From NCBI GenBank assembly GCA_965153355.1, contig OZ231126.1, positions 33,604,001-33,668,000 of the forward strand: 64,000 nt of DNA, read 5' to 3'. Shown here one piece after another: positions 1 to 13,486 of this stretch; within the stretch, counting starts at the first letter, position 1, and every line of letters starts with the position of its first letter. The translations under genes were made by a program, and so were the position numbers. The notes under the pieces were generated by a model. That model saw only the letters and a program-made list of their open reading frames with translations. It did no database searches and had not been told where the DNA came from. This DNA comes from Flaccisagitta enflata (Eukaryota).

Positions 1-320
1 TTGGGGCTTCTCTAAAGTGTGCCCGCCACACCCCTCCTAATGCTTAAGTGGTGGTGGTGTTTTTTTGACATCATCACATATGACTCATCATTGTAAACTT
101 ATATCTCCTAAACGAATGAAGCTAGTGTCCTCAATTTGGGTTCATTTTAAAGAGCTTTGCTGACTCTTTAAAATGAGCTCAAGTTGAGATCATCATTTAG
201 AAGCAGTTTTTTTCTAACATTGATGCCTTTTTGGAGAAAATATTGATTTTTGTCACAACTTTGCAAGCTTGTATCTCCCAAACGAATAAAGCTACTGACC
301 TCAACTTAAGCTTTTATTAC

Positions 321-516
321 TTTTTAGTCGCGTGCTACGCGACTCTACACCCCGCTATGTCGGTCTGTTGGTTGGTCGGTTGGTCAGTTGGTCGGTCAGT
401 TGGTGTGTTGGTTCCCTTTTTTATTTTTTGGCGTTTTTGAGCATACGGCTCCTGCCCAGATGCCCTTGTGACATTCTCCTGCGCGTGACTAGGGTAGCCG
501 TGTAACCGGCCTTGTT
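321..516 (+). mobile_element. DINE-1/HINE-like (Helentron-associated) short element inserted in the left arm of the foldback
   Basis: Starts TTTTTAGTCGCGT-GCT-ACGCGACT (hairpin), contains GGTC/GGTT microsatellite, ends GCCGTGTAACCGGC-CTTGTT. It is absent from the homologous position of the right arm. Confidence 0.75.
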
Positions 517-1182
517 AGAATGAGCCCAAGTTCAGGTCTGTAACTTCATTTGTCTAGAAGCAGTCGTTTTACAAAGCTGATGTCTTCATGAAGCAAAAGT
601 GATTTTGTCATTAAACTTAAATTTTATATTTTGTTTTATTTTTCCCTATTATAGTCAGGTGATACACTGGCTCATTGGTAACTGCCATTCACTGTGGGGG
701 TAGAAGAACCAATGGATAATGTGGGTTTGGAACCCGCAGAGGGCCCTTCAAAGAGCCCACAGCCACATAGCCTCAATGATGGTAAAAATGACCCCAATAC
801 TGAAAAAAATGTTGTTTTTTTTATGCCTTGGGGTATCTTAGTGGTACACTGACTCATCAGTAATTTCCATCTAGTGTGGCAGGAGATGAACAGATGATTA
901 ACAGAGGGTTGGAACTCCTGGGGGACCTTTTAACGGCCCTTTAGGGCTCAAAAATAGCCAAAATTATTCCAAGATTGAAAAAATACTTACTTTTCTGCAT
1001 TGAAGCACCCTAGTAGTAGTCATTCCTATCATGAGTAGTGGGATATGTACAGGTTTATAACAGAAAATCAAGACCCCTGGGGGCCTCCTTAAGGACCCCA
1101 AAGGGCCCCAAAATGGTAAAATATCATCTTATGTTCTTTTTTGTTTTCTGATCCATTTTACCATGACGCTGCTTTGATAGCT

Positions 1183-1562
1183 AATTTGAGGCCTGAGAGG
1201 CCAGTTTTTAGGCCTGAGGGTTTGAATTTGAGGCCTGGAAAGCCTAATTTGAGGTCTGAATGGCCAGGTTTTAGGCCTGAAAGGTTGGATTTGAGGCCTG
1301 AGAGGCTGGGTTTGAGGCCTGAGAGGCTGGATTTGAAGCCTGGGAGGCTGGATTTGAGACCTGAGACGCCAGATTTGAGGTCTAAGAGGCCAGATTTGAG
1401 GTCTAAGAGGCCAGATTTGAGGTCTCAAAGGCCAGATTTGAGGCATGAAGGGCCTGATAAGGAGGCTGGGGGGATGAATGGACGAAGGAACAAATGAACC
1501 AACAAACAGACGAACAAAAGTGTTCTACAGGACTTTGTCCCCTTTGGCGCCGCTGCTCAAAA
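1183..1562. repeat. 21-bp tandem array (tgaggcctgagaggc...) belonging to a second HINE-like family
   Basis: About 13 copies of a 21-bp unit, which explains the PQIWPLR/RPDLR pseudo-ORFs. It is followed by the family end motif gtcccctttggcgccgctgctcaaaaa. Confidence 0.7.
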
Positions 1563-2872
1563 ATTGAACGCTGCTCAATTTTTTAGCATTTTTGCTCTAT
1601 TCTTATGTCCTTGGGAGCTCTTAAGTGGCCTCTGGGGGACTCAAGACCCATTGACTCTTTACACATCTCTTTCATGACTACATTGCAATGACTTACAAGG
1701 CAGTGTCACAATTGAGTGCAGCAGAACAGAAAAAAAAACATAAGATAATACTCTTCCAGTGCATTTTGGGCTTTTTTGGGTCACTCAGGGTCTTCAAGGG
1801 GGCCCCTAGGAATCCAAATCTTCAGTAATTCACATATTCATATCCCACCACGCTATACGGGAATTACTGATGAGTGGACCTACTTCTAGGAAAGCAAGAA
1901 AGTAAGTATTTTTCAATCTTTAAGCCATTTTTGCCATTTTTGAGTCCTAAAGGGCTCTTCAAAGGGCCCCTAGGGGTCCAAACCCTCTATCATCTATCTG
2001 TACATCTCCTGCCACACTAGATGGAAATAACTGAGATGTCAGTGTGCCACTGGGATACCTCAAAGCAGAAAAAAAACCAATTTTTTCAGTATTGGGGGCA
2101 TTTTTACCATTTTTGAGGCCATGTAGGCTCTTCAGGGGCCATCTTTGGGTCTCAAACCCCCATTATCTATCTACTAATCTACCCTCTCAGTAGACGGAAA
2201 TTACCAATGAGCCAGTGCATCACCTGACTATAATGGGGTAGAAAAAAAGCCAAATTATAGAATTTCAGTTTAATGACAAGAACTACTATTTTCTTCATGA
2301 AGACATCAGCTTTGTTAGACAACTGCTTCACAACAAAAAAAGTTACAGACCTCAACTCATTTTAAAGAGTAAGTAAAGCTCTCCAAAATGAGCCCAAGTT
2401 GAGGTCAGTAGCTTTATTCATTTATTAGGAGATAAAAGCTTGCAAAGCTGTGACAAAAATCAATATTTTCTCCAAAAAGACATCAACTTTGGAAGACAAC
2501 TGCTTCTAAACGAATAAAGCTAATGATCTCAACTTGGACTCATTTTAAAGAGTAAGTAAAGCTCTTTAAAATGAGCCCAAATTGAGTTCAGTAGCTTTAT
2601 TCGTTAAGGAGATATAAGCTTACAAAGATGAGTAAAATATGACAATGTGAAAAAACAACACCACCACTTATGCATTAGGAGGGGTGTGGCGGGCACACTT
2701 TAGAGAAGCCCCAAGGTCAAATTTTTGTGATGGACTATCTATATACATGATTTTGAGCCAGATTCCTTGGATAGAGAGCCTCACCATGAAAAAGCGTGTT
2801 TTTATAGTGGGCTAATATCCAGGCACACTCAGAAACACGTGGCTACGGTTTTGGAAAAGCCATCTTTATAAG

Positions 2873-2991
2873 ACCTGAATTGTGGATGACCTTTGAAGAG
2901 GCAAGTGAAGGAACGCGTGTTAGCCTGGCAAGTCGAGCGCGTCCGGTCGTCCGCGCGGCGTTTCATTCAGAATCAGATATCCGCTTCGTTG
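2873..2991 (+). CDS. Candidate internal exon of an unidentified plus-strand gene (PELWMTFEEASEGTRVSLASRARPVVRAAFHSESDIRFV)
   Basis: GC-rich unique island with AAG acceptor and GT donor and an open frame. It ends in phase 1, compatible with the exon at 12926. Confidence 0.35.
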
Positions 2992-4798
2992 GTTTCGTTA
3001 ATCCCCGATTTATTCGATAATTGCCTTCATTGGACAGCTCAAAGGTCTCACCGAGACTCAGAGGGGAATTACCGCGTTTTCTCCAATCATGGCTGCCTTC
3101 TGTATGAAAGGTTCTCCCTTTTGGGGCAGCGTCCTCGATGGAGATTTCTCTCCTCTTCCTTCATCTATCTGCCCCTCCCCATTTGGGTCTCGACGTCCAT
3201 ACTCCAGCTGCGAAGCCAACAACCCAGCCTAATACCTAAATCTCAGCCACAAGGCCTAAATACCAACCATCAGGCCTTCACTTCAACTACTGGCCCACTG
3301 TCTTAGCCCAAGTCTCAGCCTTGATGTCCAAATCTCCGTCTCTAGGCTAACATCTCAGCCTTGAGGCGTATACCTCAGCCTCAGAATCCATAACTCCGCC
3401 GTAAGGCCCAAACCTCATTGTCAAAGGCCAAATTTCATCCTTGTTGCACGAGCACCAGGCTTTTTGGCTCAAGTCTTAGCCATGAGGCCTTAATCTCAAC
3501 TTTGTGGACTTAAGGCCTTTGTGATAATCCGCAAGTCCCAATGACTACCGTCCACCAATGATTCCCATAAATCTAAGAGTAGGTCATTGGTTCCGTTGGG
3601 TCCGCTGCCCCTCTTCATCTCTCACTCCCACCTTCATTGACTTAGAAGCATTGGGTACCACCAACCAAAAACGCTTTTGCAACTTTTAGTTGCATCGCGT
3701 CATGTCGCTGTTTAAAAAGCCATGATAGATTTATTTGGTTGTTGGTGTGTCGGTCTATTTGTCAATGATCGGACCATGGACCAATTTGCTTCTTTGACGT
3801 TTCCGAGCAGTTTTTACATCACTGTCCCTGACTCAAAGCTCAATTACCGTGTTTTCTCCAATCATGGCTCCCTTGATCTTGAGTCCCTTCTATTTGATTG
3901 CAATGGTATCGAACAGGCGTGTATAAAGCTGGGGATATAAAATCAAAGGGTTTGGAGATGAGGAAGAAAATCGAAGGGTAGAACAGAAGAAATAGTCGCA
4001 AAAGGGTTAGATGGTCAGCGGTACCCGTTGCCCCTATGTGAGTGTATGTGAGTGTGAGGTGGTTAGAGGGGCAGCGGCCCTGAATAGGCCGATGACCTAT
4101 GCTTTTATTTGAGCCTCAAGGCTGGAATTAGGGCATGAAGGCTGGAGATTTTCAAAGATTTTACACTTTTGGCGGTTATAAAAGATAGTATTTGATTAAT
4201 ACAAGACTATTTAGCGCTATTCAAATCATATTTATACCATTCTCATACTCTACGGGGTAGAAAATCATATGAATTTTGACCGGACAGGGAAGGAAATCAA
4301 AGACCAGGCGATGGGAAAGAAATCAAAAGCAGCTCATCTTTATACACCCCTGGTATTGAACTCTCCCCCATTTTAGGAAGCGGCCCCGGCGGGCCTATGA
4401 CCTCTACATTCACAAATGGGTAATTTCCTCTTCCGTCTGCCCAATGCCCATACGCTCCCCCCCTCCAACCCCTGCGTCTAGATCAATTTCGGTCGCGTGC
4501 ATGGTACTCAAGAGGCTGGTGTCTCGTTCCGTCCGTCCGTCAATCAGTCCATCGGTTCATCCGTAACCAAAACGAATCAAAACATTTTTAGTCACCCTAA
4601 AAGTCATTCCAAATGCCAATTGATTCATTTCAAAGTCACTCAAATCATTTGAAGTCACTTGATTAAGTATTTCGCATATTTTATCCGCATAATTTATCAA
4701 ATCATGTAAATTAATGCATTTATGTGTTTGTATGTTGAAACTGATGATGGAATTAAAGTAAATGATGGTTATTTGGGAAAAAAAGTCGAAGAAACGTA

Positions 4799-7700
4799 CA
4801 GTGGACTACCGCCTTTTCGTCACCTGATTTAACGACATTTCGGATTTAACATCCAGGTTTTGCTGGTCCCTAATTTTTACAGGCTTTTGTAATGTTAATT
4901 TTACGTGATTTAATGGCACCTGATGTAAAAGCCAAACCTGATTTAAAGTCACTATTTCTAGGTCCCTTAGAAATTTTTTTCCTGATATAGTGACATTTGC
5001 ATTTCAATATAGTCAAGTGATTTTTTTTTTTATTTAAAGATTTTCATTCATTAATTTCCAAATTGATGAAAAATATTTAAACATGAACTAGGACTTTTGA
5101 TGTAAAAGCATAAAAATCTATAAAAAATTTTATAAACAAAAAAAAATGAAATATTGTCAGTAGAGAAAAATCTTTTAAAAAGATTTAAAGGTATGTGTTT
5201 TTCAGTGATATTTCATATCCCTCAAACAATCTATGATATTTTATACTGGTTCTTTTACATAATACTGAATTTCTAAAGGACTACATTTATCTGTCTGTCT
5301 ATCATATGTCTGTCTTATTTTTTCCTGTTTGTCTGTCTTTCTTTGTTCGTCTGTAGTTCTGTCTGCCTTTATAAATGTTTGTCTGTTGGCATTTACACAA
5401 TACGTCCAGTCGGTTACTGAAATTCTTTGATTTGACTGCTCAAGTGGCTTCCATTTTTTAAAACATGATATAGTGAGCCTAAACTATAAGTTTCATCATC
5501 ATAGCTTGTCAAAATCAATCGCCGATTTCACTTTATTTATCACCACTCCAAGGTGGTTGTTGTGAAATCGGGCCACTTCGCTTTTGAAATTTGACCCAAA
5601 ATCCATGAGATTATGAAACTAGAGCTCAAGAACTAACCAGTGGTGCAATCCGCATGTCGCTATCATTTTTTGTTAAGATTTGAGAGCTCATCAAGGATAG
5701 AAGGGTATGAGGGTTATTTTATCAGATGAATTTGATGGTCAATTTTGACATTTTTTACAATTTTTTATTTATTTCCGCTTTGGATGGACAAATTTGGACA
5801 AAATTGGTGACCAAATTGAAGATTTTTTGATGCTTTAAATGAATCTGATAAAATTCCTAATCGATATGACCCTCAAAATTTTGAGAAGACTGTGGAAGCA
5901 GGTGCTAAAAAGCAATTTTTTCCGCAATTTTGGCTACTTCAGTCACACAATTTGGGCACTTCCGAGCTAGAAAAAGACAAAAAATCCATGAGCAAACTAA
6001 AATACAGCTCAAGATCTAACCAGTGGTGCAATTGGCATGTCAATAAGTTGAAGCATATAGATTTGGCAGAGCTACAAAGATCAGTGGGTATGATTAAGTA
6101 ACATATTTTGATAATTTTGGTCATTTTGGGCTCAAAATCGAGCCACTTCCTTTTAGAAATTTAACCCAAAATCCATGATATTATTAAACTAGAGCTCAAG
6201 AAATAACCAGTGGTGTAATCCGCATGTTGCTATCATTTTTTGTTAAGATTTGAGAGCTCTTCAAAGATGGAAGGGTGTGAGGGTTATTTTACCAAATGAA
6301 TTTGGTGGTCATTTATGACATTTTTCACAATTTTCGATATATCTCCACTTTGGATGGACCAATTTGGACAAAATTGGTGACCAAATTAAGGATTTTTTGA
6401 TGCTTTAAATGAATCTGATAAAATTCTTAATCAATATGACCCTCAAAATTTTGAGAAGACTCTGGAAGCAGGTGCTAAAAAGCAATTTTTTCCGCCATTT
6501 TGGCTACTTCAGTCACACAATTTGGGCACTTCCTAGCTAGAAAAAGACAAAAAATCCATGAGCAAACTAAAATACAGGTCAAGATTTAACCAGTGGTGCA
6601 ATTGGCATGTCAATACGTTGAAGCATATAGATTTGCTAGAGCTTCAAAGATCAGTGGGTTTGATTAAAAAACATATTTTGATAATTTTGGTCATTTTGGG
6701 CTCAAAATCGAGCCACTTCCTTTTAGAAATTTAACCCAAAATTCATGATATTATTAAACTACAGCTCAAGAAATAACCAGTGGTGTAATCCGCATGTTGC
6801 TATCATTTTTTGTCAAGATTTGAGAGCTCTTCAAAGATGGAAGGGTGTGAGGGTTATTTTACCAAATGAATTTGGTGGTCATTTATGACATTTTTTACAA
6901 TTTTTGATATATCTCCACTTTGGATGGACCAATTTTGACAACATTGGTGACCAAATTGGAGATTTTTTGATGCTCTAAATGAATCTGGTAAAATTTTTGA
7001 TCGATATGACCCTCAAAAATTTTGAAAGACTCAAGAAGTAGGTGCTATAAAGTAAATTTTTTCGCCATATTGGCTACTTTGGTCACAGAATATGGGCACT
7101 TCCGAGCTAGAAAAAGACAAAAAATCCATGCTCAAGTGGTTTCCAATTTTCAATATGTGATGCACTGAGCCTAGAATATCAATTTCATTATCAAAGCTTG
7201 ACAAAACCAATTGCTGAAATGATTCAAAAGCTTCAAAATGTAGTTAGAAATAAACTATTCAAATACTTCATTTTTGTAACCATTAGACACTTTGGCCGAG
7301 TCTGTGCGGACGTCAGCCAAGCATTTAGACTTTTTTTTTTAGCTCTAAGCATCTTTTTAAACATTCCTGGTTAGATCATGAGCTGTAGCTTAATTTGCTC
7401 ATGGATTCTTTGTCTTTTCCTAGCTTGGAAGTGCCCAAATTGTGTGATCAAAGTAGCCAAAATGGCGAGGAAATTTACTTTTTAGCACCTACTTCTTGAG
7501 TCTTTCAAAATTTTTGAGGGTCATATTGATCAAAAATTTTACCAGATTCATTTAGAGCATCAAAAAATCTTCAATTTGGTCACCAATTTAGTCCGAATTG
7601 GTCCATCCAAAGCGGAGATATATCAAAACTGATAAAAAATGTCAAAAAAGACCACCAAATTCATTTGGTAAAATAACCCTCACACCCTTCCATCTTTGAA

Positions 7701-8766
7701 GAACTCTCATATCCTAACAAAAAATGATAGCTCCATACGGATTGCACCACTGATTAGTTCTTGAGCTCTTGTTTTATAATCTCATGGATTTTGGGTTAAA
7801 TTTCTAAAGCAAAGTAGCCCGATTTTGAGCCCAAAATTATCAAAATTACCAAAAAATGTCATTTTATTACACCCACCGATCTTTGAAGCTCTGCCAAATC
7901 TATATGCTTTAACATATTGTCATGCCATTTGCACCACTGGTTAGACTTTGAGCTTTAGTTTAGTTTGCTCATGGATATTTTGTCGTTTTTTAGCTCGGAA
8001 GTGCCCAAATTGTGTGGCTAAAGTAGCCAAAATAGCGAAAAAAAATCACTTTTTAGCACCTGCTTCTAGAGTCTTCCAAAAGTTTTGAGGGTCATATCGA
8101 TCAAAAATTTTACCAGATTCATTTAGAGCATCAAAAAATCTTCAATTCCGTCACCAATTTCGTCCAAATTAGTCCATCCAAAGCGGAGATATATCAAAGA
8201 TTGTAAAAAATATCAAAATTGACCATCAATTTCATCTGGTAAAATAACCCTCATACCCTTCCATCTTCAAAAAGCTCTCAAATCTTAACAAAAAATGATA
8301 GCAATTTGCGGATTGCACCACTGGTAAGCTCTTGAGCTCTAGTTTCATAATTTTTTGGATTTTGGGTCAAATTTCAAAAGCGAAGTGGTCTGATTTTAAG
8401 CCCAAAGTGACCAAATTTCACCAAATTTCACCAAATTTCACCACAACCACCTTGGAATGGTGATAGATAAAAGGAAATCGGCGGTTGGTTTTGTTAAGCT
8501 ATGACGATGAAATTTAGATTTTAGGCTCAGTACATTATGTATCAAAGATAGGAAGCCACTTGAGGAGTCAAACTGAAAATTTACAGTGGTTGACTATTTG
8601 TATTACACAACTATAAAAATTGATAGAACACTGATACGCCTTAGTTGCATGATGGTGAAGCGGTTTATATCATTAAAAGAAAATTAGAAATTCGATTTAA
8701 CAACTTTCGGATTTAACGACCATAAATCCCCAGTCCCTTCAGGGTCGTTAAATTGGGTTCCCACTG
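4799..8766. mobile_element. Tc1/mariner (pogo-type) non-autonomous element carrying a nested foldback
   Basis: TA|CAGTGG...CCACTG|TA termini, with repeated subterminal gatttaacgac motifs at both ends. Confidence 0.55.
5401..8602. mobile_element. 3.2-kb foldback element with 8-bp TSD and internal ~570-bp tandem units
   Basis: TTACACAA flanks both sides (5393-5400 and 8603-8610). Imperfect TIRs (tttgactgctcaagtggcttcc / ggaagccacttgaggagtcaaa). The unit recurs at about 5571, 6141 and 6711 and is inverted in 7370-8600. Confidence 0.75.
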
Positions 8767-8811
8767 TAGTTCCTTTGGCTTTTTCAGTCCTGCAGAGGTT
8801 TTTTGATTTCC

Positions 8812-9300
8812 TTTTTGGGCAGCGGCCCCCAACAGATTGATGACCTATGCTTTTACACAAATGGAGAATTTTCTCCTTCTCCTTCTCCTCCTTCTCCATA
8901 CCCCCCTCCCCCCAGCTTCTAGGACTGTATCTCAGCCTGGAGGCCCATATCCCAGCCTCGAGGCCCAAATCCCTGTCTTGAGGCCCAGATCCCACCCTCA
9001 AGGCCAAAATCCCAACCCCAAGGCTCATATTCCGGTCTATAGGGATTTGGGCCTCAAGACTGGGATTTGGGCCTTGAGGCTGGGATATGGGCCTCCAGGC
9101 TGAGATATGGGCCTTGAAGCTGGTGGGAGGGGGGATGCGGAGGAGGAGGAGGAGGAGAAGGAGAAAATTCCCTATATGTGTGAAAGCATAGGTCATCAAC
9201 CCTTTTGGGGCCGCTGCCCTGCTCCCCCCTCAACCTCAACCACAGCCTGCTTAAGCAGGGCACGGGTACCGCTGACCATCTAACGCTTTTGTGACTATTT
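8812..9300 (+). mobile_element. HINE-like element, family II (gggcagcggcccc ... gggtaccgctgaccat)
   Basis: Starts TTTTTGGGCAGCGGCCCC, has an internal inverted repeat and 21-bp aggcc units, and ends with gggtaccgctgaccat. Relatives lie at about 3120, 3995, 15980, 19870, 22050, 42030 and 45170. Confidence 0.65.
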
Positions 9301-10366
9301 CTTATGAGGCGCTTCTGGAAGTTGGTAAGCTCTGGGGGCCAAATGAGAAATTTAAAGCTCAGAAAGAGCTAATTTTTCTCTTTCAGATGGCGCCAAGCAG
9401 AATTCTCTGCAATCAATACTTTTGGTGCTATGATTTTTTAATTCTTTTTTAAATTTTTCGCATCTGTCTCATCTTTCCCGATGATCAATATTTTTCATTG
9501 TTCCTAATTTTGGGCCCTATGTAACAAGAACGAAAAATCATCATGTTCCGCATATTGACTAACTTTAATGATGCTAGCTTGCAAGTCACAAAAGTCACTC
9601 GCATTTTACCTTGCTTGTCTATGATTTTTGATGATAAACAAGTGACCTCTCTCACTCTCTCTCTTTCTCTTAGCACTTTTTTCCTACGGCGATTAACCGC
9701 CTTTATTGGTAGAATATAAAGGTAAATATCTTTGAGTAATTATATGTATCGACGAGCTTCACTAGAGCGTTCCCACTAAAAGGGTATCCCTCGCTGACAG
9801 CATGATACTGAAGTTCCCAACTTTTTTGCCCTAATTTCTTTGTTGAGAAACCTCGACCATTGCACACCCGCCTACAAGGCAAATTGATGTTACGAATTTC
9901 TCGATAAAAAGAAAGAAATAAACAAAGAAAGTAAAAAAGAAACAAAGGAAGAAATAAAGAAAGAATGAAAGAAAAAAAAGGAAAAAAAAGAATTGAATCC
10001 TTGTATGCCTACTCATATGAATGCGTCTGTGGGAGTCTTGTTTTTGTTTTTTGTTTGTTTGTTTTCTTGCCTGTTTGTGTCTGAGTCTGTGTATCCGCCA
10101 TCCGGCTTTCTCCTAATTGGACCTCCCTAAATTACTTACAAAATGCAAAATGCATTGTTACTGTGATTCAGGTAATTGGGAATTTTGTTGGGAATTTTAC
10201 CTTCCACTTGCAAAGGCTTAAAGGCGTCAAAGTGTAAAAGAAATCGTGAGGATTTGAATACTCTTTTTTGCCATTCATGCCGAACAACCTTCACAACTGA
10301 CTCAGCTCTGATGATCTTCTAATGTTTTTTTTTTTGTCTGTAATATTCTTTTCGCTTCTTCTCCTA

Positions 10367-10740
10367 CACTCTTTTCTTTGACTAAGAACCTTGTTTATAA
10401 GAACATTGAGGCTCAGATTTGGAAAAAAATAAGAACAATCATAAGAACATCGTCAGCCTCAAAATTGAGAGGATTATGAAAATATTCTTCCTATTTTAAA
10501 AAGAATTGTGACTGTGTTGATATGGTTTAAACCGATTAGTCTTATATTTAAAATTGATTTGTTTGCAATTGATATTTCAGTTCTTATATCCTTTTTATTA
10601 GAATTATACCATTCTTATATATGCTGACAATTAACAAAAATAAGAACATCCTAAGAACAATTTGAGCCTCAAATTGCTCTAGAAATAAGAACATTGAGCC
10701 TCAGAAAAAAATAACATGTTCTTATAAGAAAAAAAGAGTG
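10367..10740. mobile_element. TA-flanked MITE (CAC...GTG family with gaggctca/aagaac motifs)
   Basis: TA|CACTCTTTT...AAAAGAGTG|TA. Same internal motifs as 28398-28818 and 29337-29715. Confidence 0.7.
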
Positions 10741-11396
10741 TACCTGATCGTTGTATGCACATGTCGCTTTTTAAGTTGAAGAAATAAACAAACCTCAATA
10801 ACATTGAATTGAAGAAAAGTCGCGTGTGGGTGGGCAGGGGCAGTGATTGAGGTCACTGGGGCATTTGAGCAGGAGCAGTGAGCGCAGAACGCTCAAAGAC
10901 AGCAAAAAAAGTAAGATAAGGAGCGACTGATCGACCGACTGACCAACCGACCGACGGACAAAGCGGGGTGTAGAGTCGCGTAGCACGCGACTAAAAATTG
11001 TGAACGGCGATGGAAGTAGGAACAAGACTGAATACAATCCCTTTCCAGTCGCAGACGGGTCCCGGATATGAACGGAATAGCGAAAAACCTATTCACATTT
11101 TGTTTTGGTTACCGACGGACCAACGATCAGACCAGCGGATCAACCGACACAACAAGTTTTAACCTTCGGGAATTCGGGAAGTACAAAATGTCGGATTTTT
11201 TTTTAAGGGAAAAAACCTAAACAAAATTTTTTTAAACATAACGTAAGAAAATGGATGTAAGGAAAGCTCTTCGAAAGATCTTTTATTTGAGTCGTGTCTG
11301 GCACCCCTAGCCCAAATGGTTTGGAAGCTACTGTGATTTGAACACGACAATTTTCTAATCTGCTCGTTTCTCGATGAAACAAGGTCAACAAACCTT

Positions 11397-11840
11397 AGTG
11401 GTAATAAAGGTGGTAAGGTAATAAAGGTGGTAATAAAGGTGGTAATAAAGGTAATAAAGGTGGTAATAAAGGTAATAAAGGTTATTAGGATAATTAAGGT
11501 AATATAGGTAATAAAGGTACTAAAGGTAATTAATCTAATGTTCCTTAAAGTACCCTAAAGTACCCTCAAGTATCCTAAAGTAACTTTGAAGTAAAGATTT
11601 AAGCTAAACATCATCAAGTACCCTAAAGTACCCTAGAGTACCTAAAGTACCCTTAAGTACCCCAAAGCACCCTTAAGTACCTAATGTACCCTAAAGTACC
11701 CTAAATTACCTAAAGTACCCTAAAGTATCCTAAAGTATCCTGAAGTACCCTAAAGTACTAAAAAACACCTTCAGTACCTAGAGTACTCTTAAGTACCCTG
11801 AAGTACCTAAAGTACCCTTACGTATCTAATGTACCTTAAA
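11397..11840. repeat. Minisatellites (ggtaataaa)n and (aagtaccct)n
   Basis: Directly visible 9-10-bp tandem units; (aagtaccct) recurs at 12715-12765. Confidence 0.85.
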
Positions 11841-12925
11841 GCTCTAGTGAATCTGTTTTGCCACGGCGCAACTTACGTCCAAGGATTGGGTCTCTGAATC
11901 AAGACTAAAACCTTGAGGATATGGCTGTCCTGCATTTTTTAAATCTCATTTTTAAATATCAGCTCTAAAATAATTCTACCACAAATTTCGTTCCATGGAT
12001 ATAAAAATGTTAACAAAAAAGTGTTTGGAACAAAGAAAATATGATTGGTACTACTCGACTCAATAAAAAAGCTGCACTTTTAAATAGCAAATTGTCACAC
12101 TGAGTTTCAAAACAAATTAATCAAAATCTTAGATTGTTAGAACACTCTTGAAAAGATCTTTCATTTGGCTCCAATCTGGTAATTCTAGCTTTATTTGTTT
12201 AAAAATGGCATAAGAATTAGTAGAAACATTGCCATAATCAGCTAGCAATCCTATGGAAAAATGAGCATTTTTACAAATTGAAATATAACTTTGACAAGCT
12301 CTAGCTCCTAAGACGTTTGAGATACAGATCTGGGATTGGTCTAAAATAAGAAGAATCTTTCAAAGCACATTAACAGAAAAAAGTTCATATGATTTCTTTT
12401 GTATATTCACCAACTCAAGTTGTTATGATGATTTACAGAACATGGAGAGTGAGAGAGACAGAGATCGAGCTACCATGAAAGAAAACAGACAGTGTGAAAA
12501 AAAAAGAATCCAGATAGAATGATAGATTACAAACGCGACCACGTGCAAAGACAAAAAATGCTATCGCGGGATACTTCTGCTCAATAGAGAAAAAGGTAGT
12601 GTCCGTAGGACCTGGTCACTTCTCTTTTTTGAGAGGCTATGGTGAAAAAAACGCGATCACGCCCGCGTTTTGCACACTTATCACGCTATGGTTTTGGCTG
12701 ACGACATATCTCCTTAAAGTACCCTAAAGTATCTTTAAGTACTCAGAAGTACCCTTAAGTACCTTTAAAATGAAGAATTACGCTATATTTCAAAAATGTG
12801 ACGGACAGACCGACAGACCGACCGACAGACCGACCGACAGACAGACCTACCGACCAACATAGCGGCTTCTAGAGTCGCGTTCACGCGACTAAAAAGAGAT
12901 AATGAATGTTTGTTGTTAATTAAAG

Positions 12926-13051
12926 GTCGGATGGAGGCTCAATCGAATGCGATCATTAGTAGCTTTACGAGAGCCAACAGCCGCGCGGATCGACTTTCCA
13001 ACTTTTTCAAAGACTACCGCAACCGTGTCTCACGTCAAAATACACCAAGTG
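12926..13051 (+). CDS. Candidate exon of unidentified plus-strand gene (GRMEAQSNAIISSFTRANSRADRLSNFFKDYRNRVSRQNTPS)
   Basis: ttaattaaag acceptor, open frame, G|GCAAGT (GC-type) donor in phase 1 that joins in frame to the exon at 13230. Confidence 0.5.
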
Positions 13052-13229
13052 GCAAGTCCATGGGATGATGGAAGCTTTTGGTAGGGTTGATGACTGGATA
13101 ACAAAAAGTATCAACTGACCAAATGACATATAGTCTATATGATATAGACCGCCAGAAAAAGCCAGTGGCATATAAGACAGAAACTAAAGATCGCACACAC
13201 ATTAAAGATTAATTGTAATTGAATTGCAG

Positions 13230-13486
13230 CGAGATTTGAGCAAGACGCTATTACTCAGACGGATGAAAATCCGTTGTGCAACCGATCGATGGAAGTGGAT
13301 ACTGATGAAAAGGCGGCAAAAGACGAGGAGCAGACAAAAGGATGTGAAGACAATCAATCAATTGATGAAGCTGTTTACGATGAACCCGTCCCACGGAGAC
13401 CCACTACAGCCCCTCCTCCGTCTTTGCCACCTGAGCTAACAAGAGAGAGAGTGGCTGAAAATGGTTTTAAAAATATCCCACTCGAG
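13230..13486 (+). CDS. Candidate exon of the same gene (ARFEQDAITQTDENPLCNRSMEVDTDEK...YDEPVPRRPTTAPPPSLPPELTRERVAENGFKNIPLE)
   Basis: ttgcag acceptor in phase 1 and a long open acidic/Pro-rich frame (ORF 13274..13618). Possible donor GAG|GTGGTG, or it runs on to the stop at 13618. Confidence 0.5.

Larger units (their letters stand above)
1..2866. mobile_element. Large foldback (long inverted-repeat) non-autonomous DNA element; left end cut by the window edge
   Basis: 1-60 (ttggggcttctctaaagtgtgcccgccacacccctcctaatg) is the reverse complement of about 2655-2714. Inverted similarity continues between about 1-1130 and about 1740-2715. No transposase ORF. Right boundary is approximate. Confidence 0.75.

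Noticed and set aside
1129-1497. Heptad-repeat ORFs on both strands (PQIWPLR / RPDLR); similar at 22443-22848
   Set aside because: They come from a 21-bp tandem inside HINE-like repeats and are open only because the unit is a multiple of 3.
3067-3870. About 28-bp direct repeat (aattaccg.gttttctccaatcatggct) at about 3067 and 3842
   Set aside because: It is too long for a TSD of the intervening elements and is not placed at their edges; most likely a local duplication of no evident function.
9300-9450. Apparent intron/exon (TTG|gtaagc ... tttcag|ATGGCG)
   Set aside because: The reverse complement resembles repeat-interior sequence at about 53320-53410, and the paralog near 20600 has lost the GT and has an early stop.
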